64,000 nucleotides of DNA from a virus, in the IMG/VR virus record IMGVR_UViG_3300020465_000009, positions 6,978 through 70,977 of that record; one strand, written 5' to 3'. Shown piece by piece: positions 31,201 through 38,920 of the stretch. Below the pieces are notes generated by a model that worked only from the letters and a program-made list of their open reading frames with translations, was not told the DNA's origin and did no database searches. The translations under genes and the position numbers were made by a program. Position 1 is the stretch's first letter. Each line of letters begins with the position of its first letter.

Positions 31201-32140
31201 AGGTACGACAATAGTTGCCACAACATTTAACAATGCACTTGGTATGAAATTAAGAAGAGAAGTGCTTGAAGGAAAATCAAATGGAATATTTAAATTAAGA
31301 TTTGAACCTCTTAATTCCAGTTATGCATTTGCTTGGTTAAATGGAGTTCAATTAAATGCAGGAAAAGATTACTTGATAGAAGGAAACACTTTAACTGTGT
31401 ATGGCAAAACAATAGTGTCATCTGACAGATTAGATGTTATGTATTTTGCATTAGAATCAGCAACAGGTTCAACAGGATTTAGAATATTCAAAGATATGCT
31501 TAACAGAACATTTTACAAACGTATATCTAAGAAAAATACTACAACATTGAAAACAAGATTACATATGGAAGACAAAGACTTTAAGGTTGAAGATGAAGGA
31601 GCAGTGCCAGAACCTGATATTGCTTCTAATACACCTGGTGTGGTCTTCATAGACAAAGAAAGAATTGAATACTTTATTAAATCAGGGAACAAAATATCTC
31701 AAATTAGAAGAGGTACCCTTGGAACAGGAATTAAGGACCATAGTTCAGGCGCAGAAGTGGTAGACGCATCTGGAACACAAACTATACCTTATGCTGATAC
31801 TGTGTATACTGACACTTATACTGGTGACGGTAGCACAACAGCATTTACCACAACACAAACCATAACCTCCGCTAGTCAATTAGACATATTCATTGGTGGC
31901 CAACGATTGTTGTTGACTAGCGAGGACGGTTCAACCGTTAATTACACTGCATCTGGAACAACTGTTACTTTAACAGGCACAGCACCAGCATCAGGAGTAC
32001 AAGTTAAAATATTACACAAGAAAGGACAGGTTTGGTACACTGCTTTAGATGGTAATCCAGCAGATGGCAAAGGATTACAAGCATCTACTACGCAACAGGC
32101 TAAATTCATAGCAGGAGAGCCAACAAATTCACCTGAATAA
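19232..32140 (+). CDS. giant baseplate/fibre structural protein (4302 aa)
   Basis: Follows gp6. Contains a cupredoxin-like motif, CBM5/12-like repeats, FG-GAP-like propeller repeats and GDGST-type beta-sandwich repeats. Confidence 0.75.
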   Translation: MADNPLNSRANQEVVSLDNGKTTFRRSIAHLPVVFQTDSNHRFLSSTIDPLIQKGALERLDGFIGKQDANTRVTSDTYISATSRDRMAYQLEPTVTYTNKDTTSINPEDQVLFSGTYDDYINQLKYLGGKVDNHDRLHDSNVYSWNPSVDLDKLINYREYYWLPIGPNSILIDDVGPNAVTEINVTAVKGAFKFSTTGDSENPNIKLYKGNTYKFNVDAKGHSFKIMTEPYKEGIAEDGSTSVIYSTGVTNQGADNGTVTFTVPTTAPDVLYYQCGNHSAMNGIFNVAKVETNSKIDVAKEILGAKRHQLRTLEISNGMRIKFGNNVTDATGYANREFYVEGVGESITLTPVEDLITPESYATTSTIPFDRYIFDSKPYSKAFYLPEKLDYITIKRDSPDRNAWSRYNRWFHRSVIEKSAEVNGYTPNLDETKRAKRPIIEFDSGIELFNHGKIAKKSVTLFDTTTLDAFSTVSNSAGYIVDGVALADGMRVVFAKDTDPIVKNKIYKVNFVLASDSTKVINLTEESDAVASRGESVFVEFGEDNQGKTFYFDHDADSALTWQDSQEKTKLNQSPLFNLYDNNHVLINDAQTYPSSSFTGSKIFSFQTSDSATEDTVLGMKIKYNTINNVGDIVFDSDHTDGTFTYRNGNSTETKNLAETHLHYNKSLTSHDSVGAWTKRPTGAKQRVIRTYFVDATEKKLFPIDFYKNSVDLTDLEVSVLVNGSRKNLDTDYKIVDGTTFKYIQFTKDQTVGDRIVIKCYSKAAKVSDKGIYEVPENLEFNGLNEKTGSFTYGQIVRHTQDLFDKATYVTGVFPGASTLRDYPEAYNAGGTIIQHEGSLVPAVFNLIDKEANLINAMNYCAIEYEKFYNSFLTYTMDSPYEGVAADRVDEILGAINQDRTASFPFFYDDMIGHGEAKTLRTFTVADANDTDYAIDSQFSSTTLSNRAVYVYVNDVQLVLDHDYTFSTTDDTISISKTLAVGDIIKIYDYSNTTGSFIPPTPSKLGIYPKTKPEKLTDDTYITNTDVIVKHDGSRIKAYGDYRDDLILELEKRIYNNIKVSYDAEKLDPNSIIPSIFQTTEYTLDEVNDVIGKDFFTWAGRNNIRYITNDTYREPEPFTYNYASSLGKIDGKFLQGHWRAIYKYVYDTDRPHTHPWEMMGHAEKPSDWESTYGSAPYTAGNSILWDAVAGMSGRYGKSEIKSYLPVDDQGNLKNPIQIGLVKDLDLFMRQRNWKFGDHSPAETAWRRSSAYPFSIVKMMAVLKPAKFFSIFLDNSRLKTNVSNNLIDNDTGIRQTLSGAKYHLETITNTATGVVTRYQTAGYQPWIVNYLIHQGLDPKTFYYDKMKNLKVQLGYKLGGFTDKENIKVMLDSISPGSSAGSKFIPDENYKVLFRTSNPVNTYQYSGVLIEKNTELSEDGSTLVGGYRVIGYSAENPYFTFYQPIRGGITGKVEVGGARAEKFASFLQDAQVIPYGHVFMEIQDVVDFLFGYGKYLEEQGFTFDKFSKEIGEVQNFDTSVKEFLYWTTQNWSHGSAITLSPGAENLMLTTKNSVVGKLRGLSGNYSVLDAGGKKFDPRDISVKKLGNIFDMSSIGKEGIFNAEMLSVQKEHLILFDNKTVFSDILYDPKTGFRQQRLKLIGWKTGEWNGDFSAPGFVYDSAKVNYWTANQDYKIGDTVEYQGKFYVAKVNHTSSSNFETEKFIYKTEKPAPQLLPNFEYKISQFKDFYNLETNNFDETQQTLAQKLIGYQSRDYLENLFANDISQYKFYQGYIREKGTKNAIDKLLKAQYQNQDISIDLYPEWMIRTGDIGNSDAKKSVQVEFTASENCGTIQSIELLDNTVDSPQYARSKVSYLDTLYDKPIDYTPSSTFSQLDYSGVGIDRETQQLLPTAGYPQVTQVQHSAFHIKDLKNLDVNNVSGAELIWVASKHNHDWDVFRITEADFRIKNITPMNEATQLKIQFTEAHSLQQASNTTTADYFAVSNSKSNDLNAVHQVKSVESKDTIIIDYAGNTNFIPTVADGSTADTFGNVYKFISVRLSSMDAVNDKLSFLEYKPEDTVINRVGDKVFADADSEGLWKVYEKVNAYTSQVTKSPDVIDNQDYGYNIVARNDGRTVVVAAPTKGQGTLHFLFRAQSGSTFSSSTNDALGTVVNEGAGSSFSVQNSATMTDNNDNTSKLGYSLSMSTDENFVVAGAPYTNTVDSDGSTRQIDSGLIKVYVWDTATFKYSLLNTINPPTDGSTSNENLNFGWSHKISEPGDSVRSTPTKYLFVSAPGHLTDTGRVYVYKWGVGADGSTYDTWTQTSVIEAPDGGSNQRFGHIVQANDNGDIIAISSKSPGTAGKVEIFVRQGHTNDGSTSDTFNLVQTLTGISADGSSLNTAFGESMTMSKDGKTLAIGSPGYDDSVDADAGAVHIYKWNADGSTNTYTLDQTVISPEKKSNQKFGTSLDINDSATRIIVGAAGVSSDKELRLDSGSTSFDLQATTIIDQNVGSGGAYTLTKYNTKFVIDERLITSSVSSDDDFGRGVCVIDQSVFVGAPEDDGNISTDGSTLASNDGTLTIYDCNELNTYAWKAITSETPLIDKDRIGEAFVFNKDSNSITDYLNYYDPVKGRLLGVAEREISFKTSLDPARYNYGTSDTSKIAWGEDHLGEVWWDLSKVKWLWYEQHTQEYKANNWGKLFPGAEIHCYEWVESIYPPSEYLIQSRSTDGVAAGITGIPYKTDDSAVTIKQKYDSRKDGFVNYYYFWVRNKSSLPTKSVVKRRIPVTTLELTISNPSTSGIPYFGVTDKNKVLVFNCENLVVPGSSVFNFDFRNINFDGDSYSVWKLIREDDKNFSVNSTIETKWWDSLCGVNTAGDKVPDPDLRENLKYGNRQRPRQSWYRDRFSALKQIIDYANTVLKENEFAGSFDLTNLNSEDPEPTLASGQYDTSVDTYADLTYINTADISGDANYLVKSDETVQGLWSVYKWSQAGKIFTRTDTQTYKTSRYWSYADWYASGFDANTIIEKQINYQYELDSTDAKIDAIVKVLQADTGGWKLFKKTSSGWTNVGTENGTIQLSTKLYDYTQDDTGFAGEDRFDDNTFDQEPTTETRKILEALKNDLFTGEFAIYYNKLFFIGLRTVLSEQTYVDWMFKTSFVNAKNSIRQLDQRKNYEVGTDAWVESYIKEVKPFATKLREYKIGYNKQEDMDGIFTDFDNPPFYDPLNAKIRNVDLNVDTAKLSLYPWKMYNDSYKKYVKSITVTSGGSGYTHVPTVTIIGGTTGARGPFQLLGTSSSGSTSGTYGYFYPLFTSEQNAEIWDSQNGGSGVAHSHTFDEYPGVTFYMPNSSMNHGKTQASLLYKTYETDVSQAKATAKIVNGKVTSITVTDIGGNYTSTPTVIISGGTATGVNPSDQAKAYAYLENDLVRDFNTTIKFDRVLSTSRVKDWTALASYVYGDLIRYNNELYRATSAFTATSDFDENEDKVQRIYGDETGLTASDRTKGFYTPGDGMPGNELNQLMDGVDYGGTMVTGLLFNEGKGWNNFSWDTVGWDRFNTSNIQTFYADGSTATYTFKTAPASSKAYQVYVSENDSTKRRLSDVFRGDGSTTAFTLSTVPNEGAMIEFIPFDEDGVTTPTDDRTLDNVISGGLFRTALGTAPSDIILEGDEFVSPETSYAPEEAVPGQIFDTVDIKVYTAPESGVPFISDTSSIGDGNTKVFKLGDYPGTLASVTVSVDGVIKRLTTDYTVNVKTKKIIFGTAPANNSVIGIKTFAISGENYRVLDTIVGDGSTATYTTSTRGEFNLDSTSSEMFVTIDGVPTVAFTSSTTANTITITFSSAPAVNSLIQIAGFNKSTTSSRSYASIRREVITYDGSTNVIGLTYPPGAIGPYSGLTMLEIAGKMLRGPDNSYYMGDGSTYTYGVSSSVGEDSTVDPAKTITSASQVQVFVNGVEKNLNTHYTVDISNQNVNFVTGSVPTATDVIAISTLVDNHYTASGTDITLNTTQLGTDGFTVTSGTTIVATTFNNALGMKLRREVLEGKSNGIFKLRFEPLNSSYAFAWLNGVQLNAGKDYLIEGNTLTVYGKTIVSSDRLDVMYFALESATGSTGFRIFKDMLNRTFYKRISKKNTTTLKTRLHMEDKDFKVEDEGAVPEPDIASNTPGVVFIDKERIEYFIKSGNKISQIRRGTLGTGIKDHSSGAEVVDASGTQTIPYADTVYTDTYTGDGSTTAFTTTQTITSASQLDIFIGGQRLLLTSEDGSTVNYTASGTTVTLTGTAPASGVQVKILHKKGQVWYTALDGNPADGKGLQASTTQQAKFIAGEPTNSPE

Positions 32141-32150
32141 ATACACTAGG

Positions 32151-32876
32151 ATGACTGAAGAAACTAAACAAACAGAACATAAAGAAGAGAACAAGAAGCC
32201 ACAAGATCATAACGGAGTTATGATGACTGGACATATTAAAATATGGGATCCAGAATCAGGTGAAGTAATTGTGGACAAAAGAAATGCTATACATTATGAA
32301 AATATGTCACAAGCATTGGCAAATTCATTAGCAAATAAAACAACAGGTTTCGTACACGAAATGGCGTTGGGTAATGGTGGTACATCCGTCGATCCAACAG
32401 GAATTATAACTTACCTTACGCCAAATTCAACAGGATCAAATGCCACTCTTTACAATCAAACTTATTACAAAGTCATAGATGACAATTCATCTACAAACAA
32501 AGACACTTCAAAAAACAAAATGGAAGTGAGACACACAGCAGGAAACAAATACACAGACATAGTAGTTACTTGCACACTTGATTATGGAGAGCCAACAGGA
32601 CAATCAGCATTTGATAATACAACTAATTTCAATGGAGATTATGTGTTTGATGAACTAGGATTAAAAAGTTGGGAAGGAACAGAGAACGGGTCAACAAATA
32701 AATTACTGACACACGTTATTTTTCACCCTGTACAAAAATCATTGAACAGATTAATCCAAATTGATTATACTTTAAGAATACAAAGTTTAACAACATTTAC
32801 TGAAACAAGTGACACTGCTGTTACTACATCAAATACTGTGAGTGGTACAACATCAGGAAGTAACACTGGATATTAA
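32151..32876 (+). CDS. virion structural protein (baseplate-associated)
   Basis: GHIKIWDP...KRNAIHYEN, C.LDYGEP, FDELGL, LLTHVIFHPVQKSLNR; TAAATA upstream. Confidence 0.6.
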   Translation: MTEETKQTEHKEENKKPQDHNGVMMTGHIKIWDPESGEVIVDKRNAIHYENMSQALANSLANKTTGFVHEMALGNGGTSVDPTGIITYLTPNSTGSNATLYNQTYYKVIDDNSSTNKDTSKNKMEVRHTAGNKYTDIVVTCTLDYGEPTGQSAFDNTTNFNGDYVFDELGLKSWEGTENGSTNKLLTHVIFHPVQKSLNRLIQIDYTLRIQSLTTFTETSDTAVTTSNTVSGTTSGSNTGY

Positions 32877-32879
32877 TAA

Positions 32880-34388
32880 ATGGCATATACAGTAAACAAA
32901 ACAAACAGTTCGGCATCACCAAACCAATACACGGTGCAAGATAATGCAGTTAATGATCAAACAGATCTAAGTCTTATCGGTAAAGGTTATGCAGGATATG
33001 GCGAATTGATTGCTGAAAACTTTTTGCATCTATTAGAAAATTTTGCAAACACTAGTCAACCGACAAAACCTTTGTTAGGACAGATGTGGTATGACAGCAC
33101 AGCAGGTAGAATAAAAGTATACACTGGATCATCTTTTGTTCCGGTAGGCGGAACAGTCCCATATCAGTCTTCTGCACCAGGAACATTGGTTCAAGGGGAC
33201 CTTTGGATAGACAGCGATACAGGACAACTTTATTTTTACAACGGATCAACAAGTATACTTGTTGGACCACCTTCATCGACAGGTACAACAAATGGTTTTG
33301 TTTACGATTCAATTTTAGATAGCACGGACACATCACAAAATATTACTAAATGGTATAATAACGGAAATTTAATTGCTACAATCAGTGCAACAAGTTTTAC
33401 ACCAAAATCTGCTTTAGCAGGATTCACAACTGTTTCAAAAGGAATAACTTTATCAACAGACATCACTGACAACAAATATAACGGAACTGCAACAGACTCA
33501 GATAAACTTGGTGGAGTAGCGGCGGCAAACTTTTTAAGATCCGACGCAAATGATACTACATCTGGAACACTAGGAGTAGTTACAGATTCAGGTATGACTG
33601 TGGGTACTGACAGTGATTTATCTATCACAGTTGACGGCACAGGTGTTGTATTTGCAAACACAGTGCAGAATACAAACATGAGTTTCAAAACAAATGCTGG
33701 CGGTACAGTCACAACAATGGTGACATTAGACGGTACAAATTCAAGAGTTGGCATATTAACAGCATCTCCAACAGAGGCTTTAGAAGTAAACGGCACAGTG
33801 AAGGCTACTACATTTAACGGAAACCTAACAGGAACAGTATCAGGTGACGTATCTGGAAATGTTACTAGCACAGGTGCAAACTCAATGACAACATTAACAA
33901 TGGGCGGAACACTTACTACAAAAAATATTTTGCCAGATGCAACAACAAGTTATGACATAGGTTCGACTGCTAAAAAATACAATACTGTATATGCAAAAGC
34001 AACATCGGCTGAATACGCCGACTTGGCTGAAAAATATGAATCCGATTCAGAATATGAAGTAGGCACAGTTATGATATTTGGTGGAGAAAAAGAAATTACA
34101 CAATCAACAATCTCAAATGACACTAGAGTTTGTGGAGTAATAAGTGAAGATCCTGCTTACTTAATGAATAGCGGATCTGAGGGTCAAGCAGTAGCACTTG
34201 TAGGAAAAGTTAAATGTAAAGTACATGGTGTTGTTGCAAAAGGTGACCTTTTGACTACTTGCGGAACACATCCAGGCTGTGCCCAAAAGGCAATAAGTCC
34301 GGTATTAGGTTCAATAGTAGGAAAAGCAATGGAAAGCAAAGATGATGCTGGAGAAAGTGTCATTTTAATAAGTGTTGGAAGGTTATAA
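32880..34388 (+). CDS. tail fibre-like protein with C-terminal chaperone-like domain
   Basis: N-terminal LIGKGYAGYGE...LLENFA shared with 34399 and 39104; C-terminal YADLAE.Y...PAYLMN...VAL.G.V domain (peptidase G2/IMC-like). Confidence 0.65.
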   Translation: MAYTVNKTNSSASPNQYTVQDNAVNDQTDLSLIGKGYAGYGELIAENFLHLLENFANTSQPTKPLLGQMWYDSTAGRIKVYTGSSFVPVGGTVPYQSSAPGTLVQGDLWIDSDTGQLYFYNGSTSILVGPPSSTGTTNGFVYDSILDSTDTSQNITKWYNNGNLIATISATSFTPKSALAGFTTVSKGITLSTDITDNKYNGTATDSDKLGGVAAANFLRSDANDTTSGTLGVVTDSGMTVGTDSDLSITVDGTGVVFANTVQNTNMSFKTNAGGTVTTMVTLDGTNSRVGILTASPTEALEVNGTVKATTFNGNLTGTVSGDVSGNVTSTGANSMTTLTMGGTLTTKNILPDATTSYDIGSTAKKYNTVYAKATSAEYADLAEKYESDSEYEVGTVMIFGGEKEITQSTISNDTRVCGVISEDPAYLMNSGSEGQAVALVGKVKCKVHGVVAKGDLLTTCGTHPGCAQKAISPVLGSIVGKAMESKDDAGESVILISVGRL

Positions 34389-34391
34389 ATA
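34384..34391 (+). promoter_or_regulatory. T4-type late promoter TATAAATA
   Basis: Consensus 7 nt upstream of ATG 34399. Confidence 0.65.
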
Positions 34392-34398
34392 CTAGCAA

Positions 34399-35796
34399 AT
34401 GGCGTACATAATTAACAAAACAGACGGGTCAGCAGTAACTACAATTACAGACGGTACTATTGATAACACTACATCTTTAACACTGTTTGGAAAAAGTTAT
34501 TCTGGGTTTGGTGAATTACTAAACGAAAACCTTGTAAAATTATTAGAGAATTCAGCAGGTACATCTGCACCAGCGGCACCTTTGACAGGTGAATTATATT
34601 TCGACACATCAACAGCACAATTAAAAGTTTATGACGGTGCTAATTTCAAACCAACTGGGGGTGCAAAATCACAATCATCACAACCAACTTCTGCCAGTGC
34701 AGGAGACCTTTGGATGGATTCAGATGATGACCAATTATATGTTTACACAGGATCAGCATGGCAACTTGTTGGACCTCAATTTACAAAAGGACAAGGTTTA
34801 TCTGGTTGGCAAGTAGAAACTATACAGGACAACGGTGGTGTCAACAAAACTGTTGCGTCAATGTATGTGGGAACTACAAGGGTAGCAATACTATCTAAAG
34901 AAACTTTCACACCGGGATCAGCACAGTCTGGTTTCGCTTCAATTAAATCAGGTATAACATTAAATTCAACATTAGGGGCAGTATTTGAAGGATCAACTGC
35001 TTCGGCGGCGGCGATAGATGTATCAGGAACAACGAATACAAGTGCATCAGTTATTGCAGGTGGTAACTTTTTAAGATCAGACGCGGCAGACACTACAACA
35101 GGACAACTGACAGTTGACGTAGATGCAGGTGTTAGAATAGGTGATCAACAAGAACTTGTTATTTCGGTATCAAGTAATGATGTCACAGTAGCACAAACAA
35201 AACAAGACAAAGATTTAAAATTTACAGTTAATGATGGCGGATCAACTAAAACTCCAATACAATTAGTAGGAGCAACAGGCGGAATAAGCCTTACAGGTGA
35301 CGTAACAATTACAGGAAACTTAAATGTTTCAGGAGAATATGAAAACACTTCAGGTGAAATCAACCTATTAAATGACCAATTCTTAAAATTAGGAAATGGT
35401 TCACCAAACAATGATGGTGGTATTATAGTAGAAACAAGTGATACAGATGACGCAAGACTATTTTGGGACGAGTCAGCGAGTCAATGGGTAGCAGGTTTTG
35501 GTGCATCATATTCACAAATTATAAGAGATACAGATGCAGTTACAGATGGTAACGCAAATAAAGAAAAAGTTTTAAAAACAACAGCGGCTGGATTACTTAC
35601 AATCACAAACATTAATTTGGCGGCAGTAGGTTCAGCAATAACAACTTCAGATACTTCAAGTGTTGCAGTACCGACAGTAGGTCAAGTTGCGACATATGGA
35701 AACCTATGGGGCGGATCAGCGAAGTATGTAAACACTTCTGCTCCTACTTCAGGTGACGGTAACAACGGAGACTTCTGGTTCGTAAGGGAGGCATAA
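34399..35796 (+). CDS. tail fibre-like protein
   Basis: Paralogue of 32880 and 39104 (MAY.IN.T.G, GK.Y.GFGE.LNEN..KLLE, NFLRSD); ends with APTSGDG.NGDFWF. Confidence 0.65.
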   Translation: MAYIINKTDGSAVTTITDGTIDNTTSLTLFGKSYSGFGELLNENLVKLLENSAGTSAPAAPLTGELYFDTSTAQLKVYDGANFKPTGGAKSQSSQPTSASAGDLWMDSDDDQLYVYTGSAWQLVGPQFTKGQGLSGWQVETIQDNGGVNKTVASMYVGTTRVAILSKETFTPGSAQSGFASIKSGITLNSTLGAVFEGSTASAAAIDVSGTTNTSASVIAGGNFLRSDAADTTTGQLTVDVDAGVRIGDQQELVISVSSNDVTVAQTKQDKDLKFTVNDGGSTKTPIQLVGATGGISLTGDVTITGNLNVSGEYENTSGEINLLNDQFLKLGNGSPNNDGGIIVETSDTDDARLFWDESASQWVAGFGASYSQIIRDTDAVTDGNANKEKVLKTTAAGLLTITNINLAAVGSAITTSDTSSVAVPTVGQVATYGNLWGGSAKYVNTSAPTSGDGNNGDFWFVREA

Positions 35797-35802
35797 TCCT
35801 TT

Positions 35803-37230
35803 ATGGTTGCTTTAGTCAAAACATTTAATTACACAGGAACAGTACAAGAAGCAGAAATACTGCCAGGCACTACTTCTATAGACATATATCTATGGGGCGG
35901 CGGTGGCGGCGGTGGAGGACCTGACGACAATCCAGGAGGTGGAGGCGCTTCGGCAGGTCACGTCAAGCACACAGGTTATACAATAAGTGCTTCAGCAGTT
36001 GGTACAACACTCAAAGTTGCAGTAGGCGGCGCGGGTGCAGGTGGATCATCAGGAGGTGGTGCACCAGGCGGATCCAACGGAAAAGGTTTAACAGGATATT
36101 CAGGCGGTGTAGGCGGATCAGCAGGTCCAAGACCATATTCAGGTGGTGGCGGAGGTGGCGGAGGTGCCACTATCGTCAGCATTGATGGCACAGTTACTCA
36201 CGTTGCAGGTGGCGGCGGTGGAGGTGCTGGTGCAGGTAATCACTCTGGATCGGTTCCTGGTATAAATTCAAATTCAGCAACATCAAACTCACCGGCCACA
36301 CATGGTGAAAATGGTGCATCTCACTCTGGAGACGGAGGAGGTGGTGGTGCTGGTGGTGGTGGAGCCGCTGGCGGAAAAGGTGGATCTGGTGGATCTGGAG
36401 ACAATTCAGGTACTGGAGGATATTCAGGTTCGAACTTAACTCAGACAGGCGGAACAACAGGTTCAGGTTCTGGAAGAACACCAGACGGAACAGGCGAAAG
36501 TTATTATGCTTCGGGTGTTGGTACAGGTGGAAGTCCAGCAGGTACAGGTGGAAACGGATTAGCAGTAATTGTTTTCAATATTGGAGTACAAGCATCAACA
36601 AAAGTAAGCGGTGCATGGAAAGACATTAACAGCATCTTCACAAAAGTAGGCGGTACATGGAAACAGGTTACAGCAGGTTATTACAAAGTTGGCGGTGCCT
36701 GGAAGGCATTATTCAATTCAGGTATAAACTTTACATCAACAGCGGCAGGTTTTGGTGACAGTTCAGGGTCATCACCATCGGGTTCAGGTGGATCAGGTGG
36801 CGGTGGTTGTTTCATTGCTGGAACTCCAGTAACAATGGCAGACGGATCATTCAAAGCAGTTGAACTTGTAGACATAGGTGATGAAGTAGCAGTTGGAGGC
36901 AAAGTGTTTGCAACTGGTAAGTTCTTAATAGACAATCTATACGAATACAAAGGCATACACGTTTCGGGAACGCACATGGTCAAAGAAGATGGTAAATGGA
37001 CTAGAGTTGAAAACAGCAAACACGGTGTATCTCTAGGCGACGATGATGCAATAGTTTATGTGTTTGGAAGTGAAAACAGAAGAATTATAATTAACGGAAT
37101 AGAGTTCACAGACTACTTTGAATTAAGTGAACAACAAGAATTAACCAACCACGGCGAAAAGTTCTTTAGTAATTGGCAAGATCATGATAGACAGATACAT
37201 GATAAAAATGTTAATATACTAAATGCTTGA
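35803..37230 (+). CDS. glycine-rich virion protein with C-terminal Hint domain
   Basis: Gly-rich domain, three KVxGxWK repeats, then GG|CFIAGTPVTMADG...V.IGD.V and VSGTH (Hint blocks A and B). Confidence 0.75.
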   Translation: MVALVKTFNYTGTVQEAEILPGTTSIDIYLWGGGGGGGGPDDNPGGGGASAGHVKHTGYTISASAVGTTLKVAVGGAGAGGSSGGGAPGGSNGKGLTGYSGGVGGSAGPRPYSGGGGGGGGATIVSIDGTVTHVAGGGGGGAGAGNHSGSVPGINSNSATSNSPATHGENGASHSGDGGGGGAGGGGAAGGKGGSGGSGDNSGTGGYSGSNLTQTGGTTGSGSGRTPDGTGESYYASGVGTGGSPAGTGGNGLAVIVFNIGVQASTKVSGAWKDINSIFTKVGGTWKQVTAGYYKVGGAWKALFNSGINFTSTAAGFGDSSGSSPSGSGGSGGGGCFIAGTPVTMADGSFKAVELVDIGDEVAVGGKVFATGKFLIDNLYEYKGIHVSGTHMVKEDGKWTRVENSKHGVSLGDDDAIVYVFGSENRRIIINGIEFTDYFELSEQQELTNHGEKFFSNWQDHDRQIHDKNVNILNA

Positions 37231-37894
37231 TAAATCATTTTACATCGGTAGACAGGGCGAATGCTTTAGGCAACTAGATAAGCATTGGCAAAATATCAAA
37301 CACGAATTTGACACACAACCAAACAAAGTATTTTTAGATCCAGAGGATTTTTCGGACAGTGTACGAGGATTACCAGAGGATTTTGACGATCGCTCAGGAG
37401 ACTATGTGCATGGTCAATGGCAGGCATTGGGAATACAGTCCGGAGATCACGAAGGACAAAAGTTTGAAGATTATCCTATACTATATGATATATTAAGAAA
37501 ATTTCCATACAAAACAAACGTGGCGATAATGACGGTTGGCCCAGACACAAAAATTGGTAATCATACTGACAACGAAGGTGGTTGGAGATACCAAATGTGT
37601 ATCGAAGATGGTGGAGGAGATCAAAGCGGTATGTATGTTATGAATTTGGAAACAAAAAAACAAGAACTATACACTTGGAAATCAGGTGATGCATATGTTT
37701 TCCAACCTGGACTACAATTACACAATGGATTCAATAACAATCCCGGACACAGAACCACTTTGCTTATTGACTTTTTCAAAGAATCCGAGTACACTAAAGA
37801 AGCATTTGAAAAATATTACCAAAACTATTCAGAGTGTTTTGAAGGTTTGGAAAATTTAGTGGACGTGTATGAACAAAGAAAACGAAAAAAATAG
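37223..37894 (+). CDS. aspartyl/asparaginyl beta-hydroxylase-like 2OG-Fe(II) oxygenase
   Basis: P.TKI..HTD, W..G...VF....LHNG.N....R..LLID. Confidence 0.7.
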   Translation: MLDKSFYIGRQGECFRQLDKHWQNIKHEFDTQPNKVFLDPEDFSDSVRGLPEDFDDRSGDYVHGQWQALGIQSGDHEGQKFEDYPILYDILRKFPYKTNVAIMTVGPDTKIGNHTDNEGGWRYQMCIEDGGGDQSGMYVMNLETKKQELYTWKSGDAYVFQPGLQLHNGFNNNPGHRTTLLIDFFKESEYTKEAFEKYYQNYSECFEGLENLVDVYEQRKRKK

Positions 37895-38447
37895 AATATT
37901 CATAACTGGTCATACCAGAGGTATTGGCAAAGCGGTTTTTGATTTTTTCAAGGACAAAGGATTTCATTGCGAAGGCGTTAGCACATCAACCGGTTTTGAT
38001 GTTGACAAAGATTGCGATCACATTGTTAGTATGATGCAAAACTTTAATCACATAGTGCTGAACGCATACAAAGGCAAAAGCCAAAAAGAAATGTTAAAGA
38101 AACTTATAAAAAATTATCAAAACGAAAATAAAAAGATTGCAGTAATTACAAGCACATCTGGAACATCAATTGGCGCCGATCCAGATCACACATCTCCAAC
38201 GTACATACAATATTGTCAAGACAAAAAAGATTTAATGCAATATATAGAAGCAATACAGCAAGATCTGTATTCGAAGCCAATGAACATATATGATATATGT
38301 CCAGACACAGTAAAAACTGATATGTCAGAAGGACTATGGGAAGATTGGCCAAAACTTCAGGCACAGGAAGTAGCGGAATGCGTTTGGATTTGTTTCAACA
38401 AGGATTTTAACATTAATAGGATGGTGATACAAAAACATGAACATTAG
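37869..38447 (+). CDS. short-chain dehydrogenase/reductase
   Basis: ITGHTRGIG Rossmann motif, YxxxK (YCQDK), ICPD.V.TDM. Confidence 0.7.
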   Translation: MNKENEKNRIFITGHTRGIGKAVFDFFKDKGFHCEGVSTSTGFDVDKDCDHIVSMMQNFNHIVLNAYKGKSQKEMLKKLIKNYQNENKKIAVITSTSGTSIGADPDHTSPTYIQYCQDKKDLMQYIEAIQQDLYSKPMNIYDICPDTVKTDMSEGLWEDWPKLQAQEVAECVWICFNKDFNINRMVIQKHEH

Positions 38448-38901
38448 AAAATGGAACTTAGATAAAGATTATGATACTTTAGTGCAATGGTGGACCGATT
38501 GGAAGTTTGGCGTAGTGCCAAAAGAGTGTCTACCACCGGAAGGGATAATGGTAGAAAATGATGGTGTTCCTATATGTGCTGGTGGATTATATGTTGGCGA
38601 AGGAACACAATTTGCTTTTATGGAATGGATAGTGGCAGATAAAAATGCAAACAAAAGATCAGTGCATACTGCGTTGAAAATGTGTATTGATGCTCTGATT
38701 GATTTAGCAAAGGCAAAGGGTATCAAATTGGTATATACAGCCACTAAAGAAAGAGAACTGCACAAAAGATATACAAAATTCCATAAATTTATACTAGCGG
38801 AAACTAATGTACACACATTTCTACGTGATTTAGATGGAAAATACAGCGAAGATTTACATTGGATATCCGATGACGAGCAATACAATAAGACTAATAAATA
38901 A
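38437..38901 (+). CDS. GNAT-like hypothetical protein
   Basis: DY..L..WW..W, LP..G.MVE.DG.PICAG.LY, A..EWIV pattern of phage acetyltransferase-like proteins. Confidence 0.5.
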   Translation: MNIRKWNLDKDYDTLVQWWTDWKFGVVPKECLPPEGIMVENDGVPICAGGLYVGEGTQFAFMEWIVADKNANKRSVHTALKMCIDALIDLAKAKGIKLVYTATKERELHKRYTKFHKFILAETNVHTFLRDLDGKYSEDLHWISDDEQYNKTNK

Positions 38902-38920
38902 GCATAAGGAGTACATTTAA

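Noticed and set aside
35890-36810. GGC/GGT-rich tandem DNA repeats
   Set aside because: Explained by poly-Gly coding with varied codons.
36808-37230. Splicing intein
   Set aside because: No terminal His-Asn followed by Cys/Ser/Thr and no endonuclease domain; treated as a cleavage-type Hint.
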